This document shows positions 49,982 to 59,542 of a DNA stretch of 64,000 nucleotides, piece after piece; within the stretch, counting starts at the first letter, position 1, and each line of letters begins with the position of its first letter. The position numbers and the translations under genes were made by a program. The DNA is taken from assembly GCA_963741945.1 (NCBI GenBank), contig CAVUKA010000001.1:1120001-1184000 (forward strand), in the 5' to 3' direction. This DNA comes from an uncultured Gemmatimonadales bacterium. Lineage in GTDB: Bacteria; Gemmatimonadota; Gemmatimonadetes; Longimicrobiales; RSA9. The notes beneath the pieces were generated by a model. That model searched no databases and was not told where the DNA came from. It saw only the letters and a list, made by a program, of their open reading frames with translations.

Positions 49982-51787
49982 ATGCCCGCGACCGACATCA
50001 CACCGCTGCACGAGGAAGAAGCCCTCGGCAAGGCGTACGACGCCCGCCTCATGCGGCGGCTTCTGGCGTACCTGCGCCCGTATCGGTGGCCGGTGGTGGG
50101 GGGAGTATCGATCCTGCTGGTGATCGCGGCGCTGGAGCTGGCCGGTCCCTACCTCACGAAAGTGGCGCTGGACAGCGCGATTCCGAATGGCGACGTGGGA
50201 CTGCTCGGGGTGCTCGCGCTGGCATACTTCGGAGCGCTCTTCTTCACGATGGTGCTCGGCTACGGTCAGCAGATCCTGACCACGTGGCTCGGCCAGCGGA
50301 TCATGTTCGATCTGCGGGGCGAGCTGTTCGGCCATCTCCAGCACCAGAGCCTGCGCTACTTCGATCGAAACCCCGTGGGCCGGCTCATGACCCGCGTGGT
50401 GAATGACGTCGAAGTGCTGAACGAGCTGTTCAGCTCCGGGATCGTCACGGTGTTCGGCGACATCTTCACGCTCCTCCTCATCGTGGGCGTGATGCTCTGG
50501 ATGGACTGGAAGCTGGCGCTGGTGGCGTTCGCCGTGATGCCGCTGGTGTTCCTCGTCGCCTTCCTGTTCCGGAAGAAGGTACGGGATGCGTACCGCGACA
50601 TCCGGATCCGGCTGGCCCGGATCAACTCCTACCTCCAGGAGCGGATCACGGGCGTGAGCATCGTGCAGCTCTTCGGGCAGGAGCGGAACACGGTCCGCCG
50701 GTTCAGCGACATCAACCGCGACCACCTGGAGGCGCACCTCCGTAGCATCACGTATTACGCGCTGTTCTTTCCGGTCATTGAAGTCCTCACCACCCTCGCC
50801 CTCGCGCTCATCCTGGTCTACGGCGGCAGCCGCCTGGTGGGTGGGACGCTGTCGGTGGGCGTGGTGACGGCGTTCCTCATGTACGCTCGCCGCTTCTTCC
50901 GTCCGATCCAGGACCTGTCGGAGAAGTACAACATGCTCCAGGGGGCCATGGCGTCGTCGGAGCGGATCTTCCGGGTCATGGACACCGAGTCGGAAGTCCG
51001 CGACCCCGCCGAGCCGGCGACGCTGCCGGAGCCCGGCCGCGGGGAGATCGAGTTCCGCAACGTGTGGTTCGCCTACACGCGCACGGAGGACGGCAGCGAC
51101 TGGGACTGGGTGCTGAAGGACGTCTCCTTCCACGTCTCGCCCGGGGAGCGGCTCGCGGTCGTGGGCCACACGGGCGCCGGGAAGAGCACGCTCATCAGCC
51201 TCCTGATGCGCTTCTACGAGCCCCAGCGGGGCGAGATCCTGTTCGATGGCGTGCCGATCCAGGACGTGAGCCAGCAGGCGCTGCGCGAGCGGATCGGGCT
51301 CGTGCTCCAGGACGTGTTCCTCTTCAGCCGGAGCGTGGAGTACAACATCCGTCTCGGCCGGGAGGACATCGATGACGAGCGCGTGCGGCAGGCCGCGGCA
51401 CGGGTGGGCGCGGACACGCACATCGAGCGCCTCCCCGCCCGCTACGACGAGGAGCTCGGGGAGCGCGGCGCAAGCCTGAGCGTGGGGCAGCGCCAGCTCC
51501 TTTCGTTCGCCCGCGCCCTCGCCTTCGACCCGCTCGTGCTGATCCTCGATGAAGCCACCAGCTCGGTCGACTCCGAGCTCGAGGCGCAGATCCAGGAAGC
51601 GCTCGAGCTGCTCCTGCAGGGCCGCACATCCCTCGTCATCGCCCACCGCCTCTCCACGGTGCAGAACGCCGACCGGATCCTGGTTTTCCACCACGGCGAC
51701 CTGCGCGAGACCGGCACCCACGCCGAGCTCCTCGCCCGCGGCGGCCTCTACGCACGCCTCCACGAGCTCCAGTTCGCGAACGTCTGA
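49982..51787 (+). CDS. ABC exporter half-transporter (MdlB/MsbA-like)
   Basis: TM domain; GHTGAGKS, LSVGQRQ, LDEATS, IAHRLST. Confidence 0.93.
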   Translation: MPATDITPLHEEEALGKAYDARLMRRLLAYLRPYRWPVVGGVSILLVIAALELAGPYLTKVALDSAIPNGDVGLLGVLALAYFGALFFTMVLGYGQQILTTWLGQRIMFDLRGELFGHLQHQSLRYFDRNPVGRLMTRVVNDVEVLNELFSSGIVTVFGDIFTLLLIVGVMLWMDWKLALVAFAVMPLVFLVAFLFRKKVRDAYRDIRIRLARINSYLQERITGVSIVQLFGQERNTVRRFSDINRDHLEAHLRSITYYALFFPVIEVLTTLALALILVYGGSRLVGGTLSVGVVTAFLMYARRFFRPIQDLSEKYNMLQGAMASSERIFRVMDTESEVRDPAEPATLPEPGRGEIEFRNVWFAYTRTEDGSDWDWVLKDVSFHVSPGERLAVVGHTGAGKSTLISLLMRFYEPQRGEILFDGVPIQDVSQQALRERIGLVLQDVFLFSRSVEYNIRLGREDIDDERVRQAAARVGADTHIERLPARYDEELGERGASLSVGQRQLLSFARALAFDPLVLILDEATSSVDSELEAQIQEALELLLQGRTSLVIAHRLSTVQNADRILVFHHGDLRETGTHAELLARGGLYARLHELQFANV

Positions 51788-52155
51788 GAGCGCGGAGAAC
51801 CGCCGGAGCACGCGGGGAACGGCCGGAGAGCGCGGAGAACCGCCGGAGCACGCGGAAGAACAGCCTTCCACGCGGAGGCGCGGAGAACGCGGAGGGCGCC
51901 GCGGGCCGAGGAAGCGGCGAGCCCACGCAGCCACGGGGGCCATTTTTTGAATGGCATGCCCGGCGCCCTGCGTTCGCCGCCGGCCTTCCGCTCCCCGGAA
52001 TCCCCTCCGCGTTCTCCGCGACTCCGCGTGGCCGCTGTTTCCTCCGCGTTCTCCGCGCCTCCGCATGACCGCCGTTCCTCCGCGTTGTCCGCGCCTCCGC
52101 GTGACCGCTGTTTCCTCCGCGTCCTCCGCGCCTCCGCGTGGAAGGCTGTTCCTCC
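51786..52155. repeat. Inverted CGCGGAG repeat arrays flanking a unique core
   Basis: 30-bp direct repeat at 51786 and 51826; 38-bp inverted repeat 51858-51895 / 52114-52151 with one mismatch. Confidence 0.85.
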
Positions 52156-52242
52156 GCTTGACCGCGGCGCAAACCTTGCAACCCGCAGAACCAACATCGC
52201 TTCGCGCCTCGCGCGGAGCGCACCCGAGGACGGACCGGAGTC

Positions 52243-52629
52243 ATGACCGACACAACCATCCTGATCGTGGATGACGATCCCGACTCCCTCGAAATCGTCC
52301 GCACGTTCCTGGAGTCGAAAGGCTACGTCGTCTCGACGGCGAGCAACGGAAGGGACGGGCTGGCGAAGCTCGAGGAAGTGCACCCGGCGCTGGTGCTGCT
52401 CGACGTGATGATGCCGGGGATGGACGGGTGGGAAGTGGCGCGCGTGATCAAGAACCACCCCAGCTTCGGGGACACGCGCGTGGTCATGCTCACGGCGCGC
52501 AGCGGCTTCAGCGACAAGCAGGCGGGGCTCCGGGCGGGCGCGGACGACTACATCGTGAAGCCGATCCGGCTGGACGATCTGGCCACCCGCGTGGAGAAGA
52601 ACCTGGAGGCGCGGACGAGCTCGACGTGA
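52243..52629 (+). CDS. Single-domain response regulator
   Basis: IVDDD, LLDVMMP, MLTA, GADDYIVKP. Confidence 0.93.
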   Translation: MTDTTILIVDDDPDSLEIVRTFLESKGYVVSTASNGRDGLAKLEEVHPALVLLDVMMPGMDGWEVARVIKNHPSFGDTRVVMLTARSGFSDKQAGLRAGADDYIVKPIRLDDLATRVEKNLEARTSST

Positions 52630-54284
52630 AGATCGTCGCCCGTGTGAGTGATCCCGAGCTGCGGGACACCGTCGACCGCGTGGGGCAGCGCCTCAAGGCT
52701 ACCATTTCCTACGGCGCTGGCGCTGACCGCTCTCCCGCGACCGAGGTCGACCGGAGCGGCAACGGCGCCGGGAATGCGGATGTCCTGCTCGCCGAGATGC
52801 CGGCGGACCACCGGCTCGACGCGCTGGCCGACCAGGCGCACTCCCTCGGCGCCGCACTGGTGATCGCCTGCCGATCCCAGGAGGACTGCGCGGCCGACTC
52901 GCTGGTGCAGGCGGATGACTGGTTCCGCGTCCCGGCGGACGACGAGGAGGTCGAGGCGAGGCTCGGCACGGCCCGGCAGCGGGCGATCCAGCACCTGCTC
53001 TCCCGCGACCGCGAGCACGCCGCCGAGCTGCTCCGCTACGAGGAGCTGCTCTACGACCGGCTCACCGGCTTCCCGACCCTTCCGGTCATGATGGAGAAGG
53101 CCCGGAGCCTCCTGGAGAACTATGGCGAGCTGACCATCCTCTACATCCAGTTCGTCTGGTTCGAGAAGATCGAGGAGATCTACGGCTGGCAGAAGCTGGA
53201 CGACGTCCTGGAGTCCACGGCCGACGGCGTGCGCGCGTTCTATCGCCGCCACCATCCGGACTCCGAGAGCCTGATGATGGTGAGCCACATCGGCGACGAC
53301 GACTTCATCCTCTTCACGGAGCACCCGCGCATGCGGGATGTCGACGAGCCGGAGCGGCGGCTGAAGGAGCTGACGCAGAACATGGAGGAGCACCTGCGTC
53401 GTCGGCTCGAGACGGACCACTCCGAGGACATCGCGTCGCTCTGCGGCATCTACGTGGGCGCGGCCACGGTGTTCCGGAACCCGAAGATCCGGACGGAGCG
53501 GCTGATCTATCGAGGGATCCGGGAGGCATCGCAGGCGGCGCGCGGCGCGAAGGAGTGGGAGCGGAGCCGCAAGATCAGCGACCTGAAGGCGCTGTTGCGC
53601 GAGGGCGCCGTGTTCATGGAGTACCACCCGATCATCGTCACGGCCACGGAGGAGGTGTACGGCTACGAGGCGCTGGCTCGCGGACGTCGAAGCGGGCTCC
53701 GCTCTCCCGAGGTGCTGCTCGACGTCGCCAGTCAGGCCAACCTCCTCTGGGAGCTGTCCCGGCTGCTCCGGCGCCGCGCCGTGGAAGGGATCGCCGACGC
53801 GCTCAAGGAAGGCGAGCTGCTCTTCCTCAACGTGGACCCGCACGACTTCAACGACCCCGAGTTCCGCGACATCACGCCCGAGTCACTCGGCATGAGCGAT
53901 CCCGACCGGCTCGTGCTCGAGATCACAGAGCGCACGGCCATCAGCGACTACCCCCGGTTCCAGCAGTACCTGAAGACGTTCCGCGAGCGCGGATTCCGAT
54001 TCGCGGTCGACGACGCGGGCAGCGGCTATGCCGGACTCGGCTCCATCGCCAACCTGGATCCCGACTACATCAAGCTCGACATCTCGCTCATTTCCAACAT
54101 TGACACCAACTTCCTGAAACAGAACCTGGTGGAGACGCTGGTGGGGTTCGCCGAGAACCACGGCGCCATGGTCGTGGCCGAAGGTGTCGAGCGACGTGAC
54201 GAATTCGAGACCATCAAGCAGATTGGCGTCCACCTGACCCAGGGATTCCTCTTCCATAAGCCCCGGCTCGTCGGCATTGATTGA
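52626..54284 (+). CDS. EAL phosphodiesterase with degenerate GGDEF and pseudo-receiver N-terminus
   Basis: GTGA overlap; DRLTGFP, HIGDDDF; YEALAR, LFLN, LEITE, DDAGSGY, IKLD, AEGVE, QGF. Confidence 0.88.
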   Translation: MKIVARVSDPELRDTVDRVGQRLKATISYGAGADRSPATEVDRSGNGAGNADVLLAEMPADHRLDALADQAHSLGAALVIACRSQEDCAADSLVQADDWFRVPADDEEVEARLGTARQRAIQHLLSRDREHAAELLRYEELLYDRLTGFPTLPVMMEKARSLLENYGELTILYIQFVWFEKIEEIYGWQKLDDVLESTADGVRAFYRRHHPDSESLMMVSHIGDDDFILFTEHPRMRDVDEPERRLKELTQNMEEHLRRRLETDHSEDIASLCGIYVGAATVFRNPKIRTERLIYRGIREASQAARGAKEWERSRKISDLKALLREGAVFMEYHPIIVTATEEVYGYEALARGRRSGLRSPEVLLDVASQANLLWELSRLLRRRAVEGIADALKEGELLFLNVDPHDFNDPEFRDITPESLGMSDPDRLVLEITERTAISDYPRFQQYLKTFRERGFRFAVDDAGSGYAGLGSIANLDPDYIKLDISLISNIDTNFLKQNLVETLVGFAENHGAMVVAEGVERRDEFETIKQIGVHLTQGFLFHKPRLVGID

Positions 54285-54308
54285 CCGGGGCGGGCACCCA
54301 CGAGGCCC

Positions 54309-56219
54309 GTGACCGAGCAGCCAAGAGCAGACGACCGGCACCCGCCCCACCCGGACCTGGAGTCCGGGCCCGGGAACGACCGCGACCCCGACTACCACGG
54401 GCGGCGCGACCGCGCTGCGCACCGCCACCGCCGCATCACGGCCCGCGCGGGGCGCGTCTCCAACCTCCGGCTGGCAATCTTCCTGGCCGGAATCGGCGCC
54501 CTCGTATGGGCAGAAGTGCGCCCGCATACCGGCCCCGTGGCCTTCGCCATTTTCGCCGCAGCCGTGGTGGTGTTCGTGGTCCTGGTGGTGGTCCACTCCC
54601 GGCTGACGCAGCGCGCCCGGGTCGCGCAGGAGCTGGCGCGGGTCAACGAGGAAGCGCTGGCGCGGGTTCAGCGGGAATGGAGCGGGCTCCCCACCGTGCC
54701 GGAGCGGGGCGAGCCCGGTCACGCGTTCGCGCACGATCTGGACGTTTTCGGCCATGCGTCCGTGGCCCGTCTGTTCGGCACGGCCGGAACCGGGATCGGC
54801 CGGGAGCGGCTGTACGCGTGGCTGCTGGAGCCCGCGAGCACGGAGGAAGCCCGGCGTCGCCAGGCCGCGGTGAAGGAGCTGGTGCGCCGCCTCGACTTCC
54901 GCCAGGACCTGCAGGTGGCCGGGCGGCTCGCCGGGAACCCCGATCGGCGCGCCATCGGCCGCTTCCTGGAGTGGGCGGAGGGCGACGCGTGGCTCCTCGC
55001 GCGACCGGCGCTCCTCTGGGCCTCCCGCCTGATTCCGGCCGCCACGCTCGTGCTGGGCGTGCTGCAGGCGCAGGGCGTGCTGGAGCGGCCATGGTGGATC
55101 GCGACCCTCGTCGCCGGCACGCTGCTGGCCGTGGCCGTCGGGCGGCGAATCCACGACGCCCTCGACCGCGCTTCACTCGGCGACGCCAGCCTCCGCCACT
55201 ACGCCGGGCTCGTGGATCGCATCCAGGCGGAGACGTTCGAAAGCGAGCCGCTCCGGGCCGCCCGGGCCGCGCTCACCGAGCCATGCGACGCGCGGCGCGA
55301 GCTGGAGCGGCTGGGCTGGCTGACGGAGCTCGCCGACCTCCGCCACGGCGGCATGTTCTATGTCCTCATCCACGTGCCCACGCTCTGGGATTTCCACGTC
55401 CTGGCCGCGCTCGAGCACTGGCAGCGCCGGGCGGGGCGTCACGTGCGGGCGTGGGCGGAGCGCATCGCGGAAGTGGACGCCTGTGCGGCGCTCGCCTCGC
55501 CCGTGGCTGAGGAGGCGGGCTGGTCGTTCCCGGAGCTCGCCCAAGACGGCGAGCGCTTCGTCGCCGAGGGTCTCGCCCATCCGATGCTGCCCGCAGGACG
55601 CCGCGTCCCCAACGACGTGGTGGTGGGTCCACCGGGCACGTTCCTCATGGTCACCGGGTCGAACATGTCCGGGAAGAGCACGCTCCTGCGCGCCATCGGC
55701 GTGAACGCCGTGCTCGCGCTGGCCGGCGGCCCCGTATGCGCCCGCCGCCTGCGCACGCCGCCGCTCGACATCCGGACCAGCATGCGCGTGGAGGACTCAC
55801 TCGAAGAAGGCGTGTCGCTGTTCATGGCCGAGCTGCAGCAGCTGAAGCGCGTGGTGGATGCCGCCGACGCGGCCGGCCATGGCGACGATCCGGCCCACCA
55901 CGACGTCGCCGACGCCCCCCTCGTCCTCTACCTCCTGGACGAAATCCTCCACGGGACGAACAGCGCCGAACGGCAGGTAGCCGTGCGCCGCGTCATCGCG
56001 CACCTGCTGGAGAGCCGCGCCATCGGCGCCATCTCCACCCACGACCTGGAGCTCGCCAACGCCGAGCCGCTGGCCTCCGCCGTGGTCCCCGTGCACTTCC
56101 GCGAGACCGTGCACCCGGAAGGCCACGAGCCGCCCATGACGTTCGACTACGTGCTGCGCGACGGCGTCGCCACGTCAACGAACGCGCTCAAGCTGGTCAG
56201 GCTGGTGGGGCTGGCGTAG
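54309..56219 (+). CDS. Membrane-anchored MutS-family (domain V) ATPase
   Basis: TM helices; TGSNMSGKST, SLFMAEL, LDEILHGTNS.ER, STHD. Confidence 0.88.
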   Translation: MTEQPRADDRHPPHPDLESGPGNDRDPDYHGRRDRAAHRHRRITARAGRVSNLRLAIFLAGIGALVWAEVRPHTGPVAFAIFAAAVVVFVVLVVVHSRLTQRARVAQELARVNEEALARVQREWSGLPTVPERGEPGHAFAHDLDVFGHASVARLFGTAGTGIGRERLYAWLLEPASTEEARRRQAAVKELVRRLDFRQDLQVAGRLAGNPDRRAIGRFLEWAEGDAWLLARPALLWASRLIPAATLVLGVLQAQGVLERPWWIATLVAGTLLAVAVGRRIHDALDRASLGDASLRHYAGLVDRIQAETFESEPLRAARAALTEPCDARRELERLGWLTELADLRHGGMFYVLIHVPTLWDFHVLAALEHWQRRAGRHVRAWAERIAEVDACAALASPVAEEAGWSFPELAQDGERFVAEGLAHPMLPAGRRVPNDVVVGPPGTFLMVTGSNMSGKSTLLRAIGVNAVLALAGGPVCARRLRTPPLDIRTSMRVEDSLEEGVSLFMAELQQLKRVVDAADAAGHGDDPAHHDVADAPLVLYLLDEILHGTNSAERQVAVRRVIAHLLESRAIGAISTHDLELANAEPLASAVVPVHFRETVHPEGHEPPMTFDYVLRDGVATSTNALKLVRLVGLA

Positions 56220-57599
56220 GGGCGTGCCTACCGCCGAGTCCGGCGCCAGCGTGTCCGGCGGCGGATACAGCTCCGCGCCCAGACCCGCGAACCACGGCTC
56301 CTTCCCGTCCGCGTCGGCGAACGCCTCGACCGGGTAGCGCACAGCGGCATGCCAGAGGACCCACTCGCGAAGACCGGCGTCGTAGACGGCATCGATCTGC
56401 GCCCGTATCTGGCGAGGGCCATAGTCGGGCTTGCCCATGCTGAACGCCTGGAGCCATGGCCGGATCCCGGCGGCGCCGTCGATTTCCTTCGAACGCTCCA
56501 CTCCATCCGTAACGGCGTGGCGCACGATCTGGTACGGCGCGGCGTTCGGGTTCTGATAGTGCCAGGTCCCGCGCGGGTAGTGCGACGGGTAGACCATGGG
56601 GAGCAGGACATCGGTCACGTCCGACATCTTCTCCCACAGCTGCCCGATTCCGTAATCGCGGTGCGCCGACGCGGTGATGCCGAACACGTCGGCGGTCACG
56701 GGCACGCCGTAGTCCGCCAGCCGGTCGCGTGAGTAGGCCAGGAAAGCGCGGATGCCGTCCGCCTTGTCCCTGCCGTCGCGCGCGGGGTAGACCGCGGGGA
56801 CCGTGTCCATGTACGAGCTCGGCACGTCCGGGAAGCGCACGTAGTCCCACTGGACTTCGCTGAACCCCAGCGCCACCGCCTCGCGCGCCAGCTCGATGTT
56901 GTAGTCCCACACGTGCCGGTCGTAGGCGTCCACCCAGCGCACCCCGTGCTGGTCCTCCCACACCGACCCGTCCTCCGCCGTGATCGCCCATTCCGGCCTC
57001 GCCGACGCCAGCAGCGGGTCCTTGAACGCGACGATCCGCGCGATCGGGTAGATCCCGTGCTCGCGAAGCCGCGTCAGCACGCCTCGGATGTCGCCGATCT
57101 TCACCCGCGCCGTGGCCCCGATCTCCTCCGCCAGCGGCACTCCCGACGCGTAGCTCACCTCGCCCGTCGCATCCTTCACGTCGATCACGAAGCTGTTGAT
57201 CTCCGTGTCATCCGCAAGCGCGATCAGCTGACCCAGGCGACGCGAGCTCCCCACGCTCCACGCCCCCACGTAGATGCCCCGCACCGCGTCCGGCTTCGGC
57301 ACCCGCTCCACCGCCGCCGCGCCACGCCCGGGCACACCCGCCGCCGCATTGGCCTCCGCGGGATCGGGCGCCGCCGCCGCGAGGTCCGGCGGCCCAGGCG
57401 TCGCCGCGGTCCCCTCCGCCGGACCGGGCGCTGCCGCCGCGACCTGGCCGGGATCGGCCGTCGCTCCGGCCCGATCGCGTCCGATCCCGAACCCGAGGCC
57501 CGCCGCCGCCACCAGCGTCAACACGCCAGCGGCCACGCGGAGACCAGGTCGGCGACCCCGTCCCGTCGACGGATGGTTTTCCTCACGCCGGAAGAGCAT
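56175..57599 (-). CDS. Putative glycoside hydrolase (DUF4015-like), membrane anchored
   Basis: VRGIY, VIDVKD, IARIVAFKD, EVQWDYVRFPD, ADVFG, PMVYPSHY, RPWLQAF. Confidence 0.8.
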   Translation of the reverse strand: MLFRREENHPSTGRGRRPGLRVAAGVLTLVAAAGLGFGIGRDRAGATADPGQVAAAAPGPAEGTAATPGPPDLAAAAPDPAEANAAAGVPGRGAAAVERVPKPDAVRGIYVGAWSVGSSRRLGQLIALADDTEINSFVIDVKDATGEVSYASGVPLAEEIGATARVKIGDIRGVLTRLREHGIYPIARIVAFKDPLLASARPEWAITAEDGSVWEDQHGVRWVDAYDRHVWDYNIELAREAVALGFSEVQWDYVRFPDVPSSYMDTVPAVYPARDGRDKADGIRAFLAYSRDRLADYGVPVTADVFGITASAHRDYGIGQLWEKMSDVTDVLLPMVYPSHYPRGTWHYQNPNAAPYQIVRHAVTDGVERSKEIDGAAGIRPWLQAFSMGKPDYGPRQIRAQIDAVYDAGLREWVLWHAAVRYPVEAFADADGKEPWFAGLGAELYPPPDTLAPDSAVGTPLRQPHQPDQLERVR

Positions 57600-57727
57600 T
57601 CGCCCCAGTGGGTTGGATTCCGAGAACACGTGTTTCGCCGGGAGAATAGGTAAAGAAGGCCGTCGGGACCACCGGAAACATATGCCGCACGTTCGAGGCC
57701 ACCCGCCAGGTCCCACACCCGGCTCCA

Positions 57728-57846
57728 CGAAACTCGCTCCAGGTGGAGAGATCCGCCAGGATCATCAATGCGCGTAACGTGTTGTACTGCATTAATATAC
57801 GGCCACACCCGCCGCCGGAGGATCTCTCCACGTCGAGCGACTTTCG
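57728..57846. repeat. 119-bp imperfect palindrome (27-bp arms) around an AT-rich core
   Basis: CGAAAcTCGCTCcagGTGGAGAGATCC 57728-57754 pairs with GGATCTCTCCACgtcGAGCGAcTTTCG 57820-57846. Confidence 0.8.
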
Positions 57847-57986
57847 ACGGGGGGTGACATGCCGTACCGCCGCGTGCTGGCCCGCGGTGGCCCTTCTCGC
57901 GCACGGCCCTGCTCGCGCGCGGCCTCGCGGCCTTCTCGCGCACGGCCTCTGATTTCACGCGCGGGGGCGCGAGGGGAGCGCTGGCG

Positions 57987-59159
57987 CTAATAGCGCGGCA
58001 TGCGCGGGTCCACCTCGTCGCGCCAGGCGGCGAGCCCGCCGCGAAGGTTGCGGGCATGGCGGTGGCCGCGGCCGCGGAGGAAGCGGGTGACGTCGCCGCT
58101 GCGTTCGCCCACGTGGCAGACGAAGACGGTCTCACGGGCGGGGTCGATCTCGTCGAGGCGCGATTCCAGCTGACGGATCGGGATGAGTCGAGCGCCGAAC
58201 TCGCCCAGGTTGGCGATGCGCCATTCGTAGGGCTCGCGGACGTCGACGAGATCGATGGCGTCGCCGCGGTCGAGGCGGTCTTTGAGCTCACGCGCTCCGA
58301 TCTCGAACGGCGTCTCGGGCTCGGCCGGAAGGGCGCCGACGGGCTCCCCCGCGCAGAACTCCTCGTAGTCGATGAGCTCGGTGAGGGTGGGATGATCGCC
58401 GCACGCGGGACACTCCGGGTTCCTGCGGAGCTTGAGCTCCCGCCATCTCAGCGCCAGGCCGTCGAAGAGGAGCAACCGCCCGATGAGCGGCTCGCCGGCG
58501 CCGGTGATGAGCTTGATGGCTTCCAGGGCCTGGAGCGAGCCGATGACGCCGGGGAGCACGCCCAGGACGCCGCCCTCGGCGCAGCTGGTGACGAGGTCGG
58601 GTGGCGGCGGTTGGCGGAAGAGGCAGCGGTAGCAGGGCGCGTCGTCGCCGCCGAAGACGGAGACCTGGCCTTCGAACTTGAGGATCGAACCGTAGACGTT
58701 CCGCTTCCCCAGGAGGACGCACGCGTCATTGACCAGGTACCGGGTCGGGAAGTTGTCCGTCCCATCGAGCACGATGTCGTAGTCGCGGATGATCTCGAGC
58801 GCGTTCTCGCTGGTGAGCCGCTCCGGGTGTTTCACCACGGCGATGTGCGGGTTGAGGTCCCGCAGCCGCTCCGCGGCGGCGTCCAGCTTCGGCCGTCCCA
58901 GGTCCGACTCGCCGTAGAGCACCTGCCGCTGGAGGTTGCTCGCGTCCACCACATCGAAATCGACGAGCCCGAGCGTGCCCACTCCCGCCGCGGCGAGGTA
59001 GAGCGCCGCGGGCGAGCCCAGGCCGCCGGCGCCCACGATGAGGACGCGCGCCGCCTTGAGCTTCTCCTGCCCCGTCTCACCGACACCGTCGAGGACCAGG
59101 TGGCGGGCGTAGCGGAGCGTCTCCGCGGGGGAGAGGGAGGATTCGCGAGGGTCGCCCAT
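57987..59159 (-). CDS. moeB: MoeB/MoeZ sulfur-carrier adenylyltransferase with rhodanese domain
   Basis: RYARHL, GAGGLG, SNLQRQ, DGTDNF, CYRC, C..C, DVREP, CHVGERS. Confidence 0.93.
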   Translation of the reverse strand: MGDPRESSLSPAETLRYARHLVLDGVGETGQEKLKAARVLIVGAGGLGSPAALYLAAAGVGTLGLVDFDVVDASNLQRQVLYGESDLGRPKLDAAAERLRDLNPHIAVVKHPERLTSENALEIIRDYDIVLDGTDNFPTRYLVNDACVLLGKRNVYGSILKFEGQVSVFGGDDAPCYRCLFRQPPPPDLVTSCAEGGVLGVLPGVIGSLQALEAIKLITGAGEPLIGRLLLFDGLALRWRELKLRRNPECPACGDHPTLTELIDYEEFCAGEPVGALPAEPETPFEIGARELKDRLDRGDAIDLVDVREPYEWRIANLGEFGARLIPIRQLESRLDEIDPARETVFVCHVGERSGDVTRFLRGRGHRHARNLRGGLAAWRDEVDPRMPRY

Positions 59160-59482
59160 CACCCGCCCGCGATGCTCGGGACCACGGTCACCACGTCGTC
59201 CGGGCCGGCCGGCGTGTCCTCGCCGGCCAGGTAGCGGACGTCGTCGTCATTCAGGAAGACGTTCACGTGCTCCCGCAGCCCACCGGCCTCCGACCGGAGA
59301 TGGCGACGGAGCCCCGGGTGTCGACGGACCAGTGCGTCCAGCGCCTCGCCCACGGTCGTGCCGGGCACGGCCACTTCGGACGCCCCATCCGTCAGCGGGC
59401 GCAGGGGGCCGGGTACGCGGATGCGCACCGTCGTGGCGTCGGCGGGAAGGGGCTGCGGGGGTCGGGGGTCATCCATGCTCAT
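59159..59482 (-). CDS. Ubiquitin-like sulfur carrier (MoaD/ThiS/CysO)
   Basis: VRIRVP..LR, VNVFLN, C-terminal PSIAGG; TGATG overlap with moeB. Confidence 0.9.
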   Translation of the reverse strand: MSMDDPRPPQPLPADATTVRIRVPGPLRPLTDGASEVAVPGTTVGEALDALVRRHPGLRRHLRSEAGGLREHVNVFLNDDDVRYLAGEDTPAGPDDVVTVVPSIAGG

Positions 59483-59504
59483 GCGATCCGAGGTACCCGG
59501 AGCG

Positions 59505-59541
59505 GCCGTGTTCGTGCCGTGTTCGTGCCGTGTTCGTGCCG
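59505..59541. repeat. 11-bp tandem repeat x3.4
   Basis: GCCGTGTTCGT x3 + GCCG between waaA stop and sulfur-carrier start. Confidence 0.85.
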
Positions 59542-59542
59542 C

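Noticed and set aside
51786-52155. CRISPR array (also 1581-1712)
   Set aside because: Degenerate units, no regular unique spacers, no cas genes
54309-56219. Mismatch-repair mutS
   Set aside because: Only ATPase domain V plus TM helices; no mismatch-binding domain
57987-59482. Ubiquitin-like antiphage conjugation system
   Set aside because: Ordinary MoeB-rhodanese plus GG-ending carrier; no E2, JAB or CD-NTase nearby
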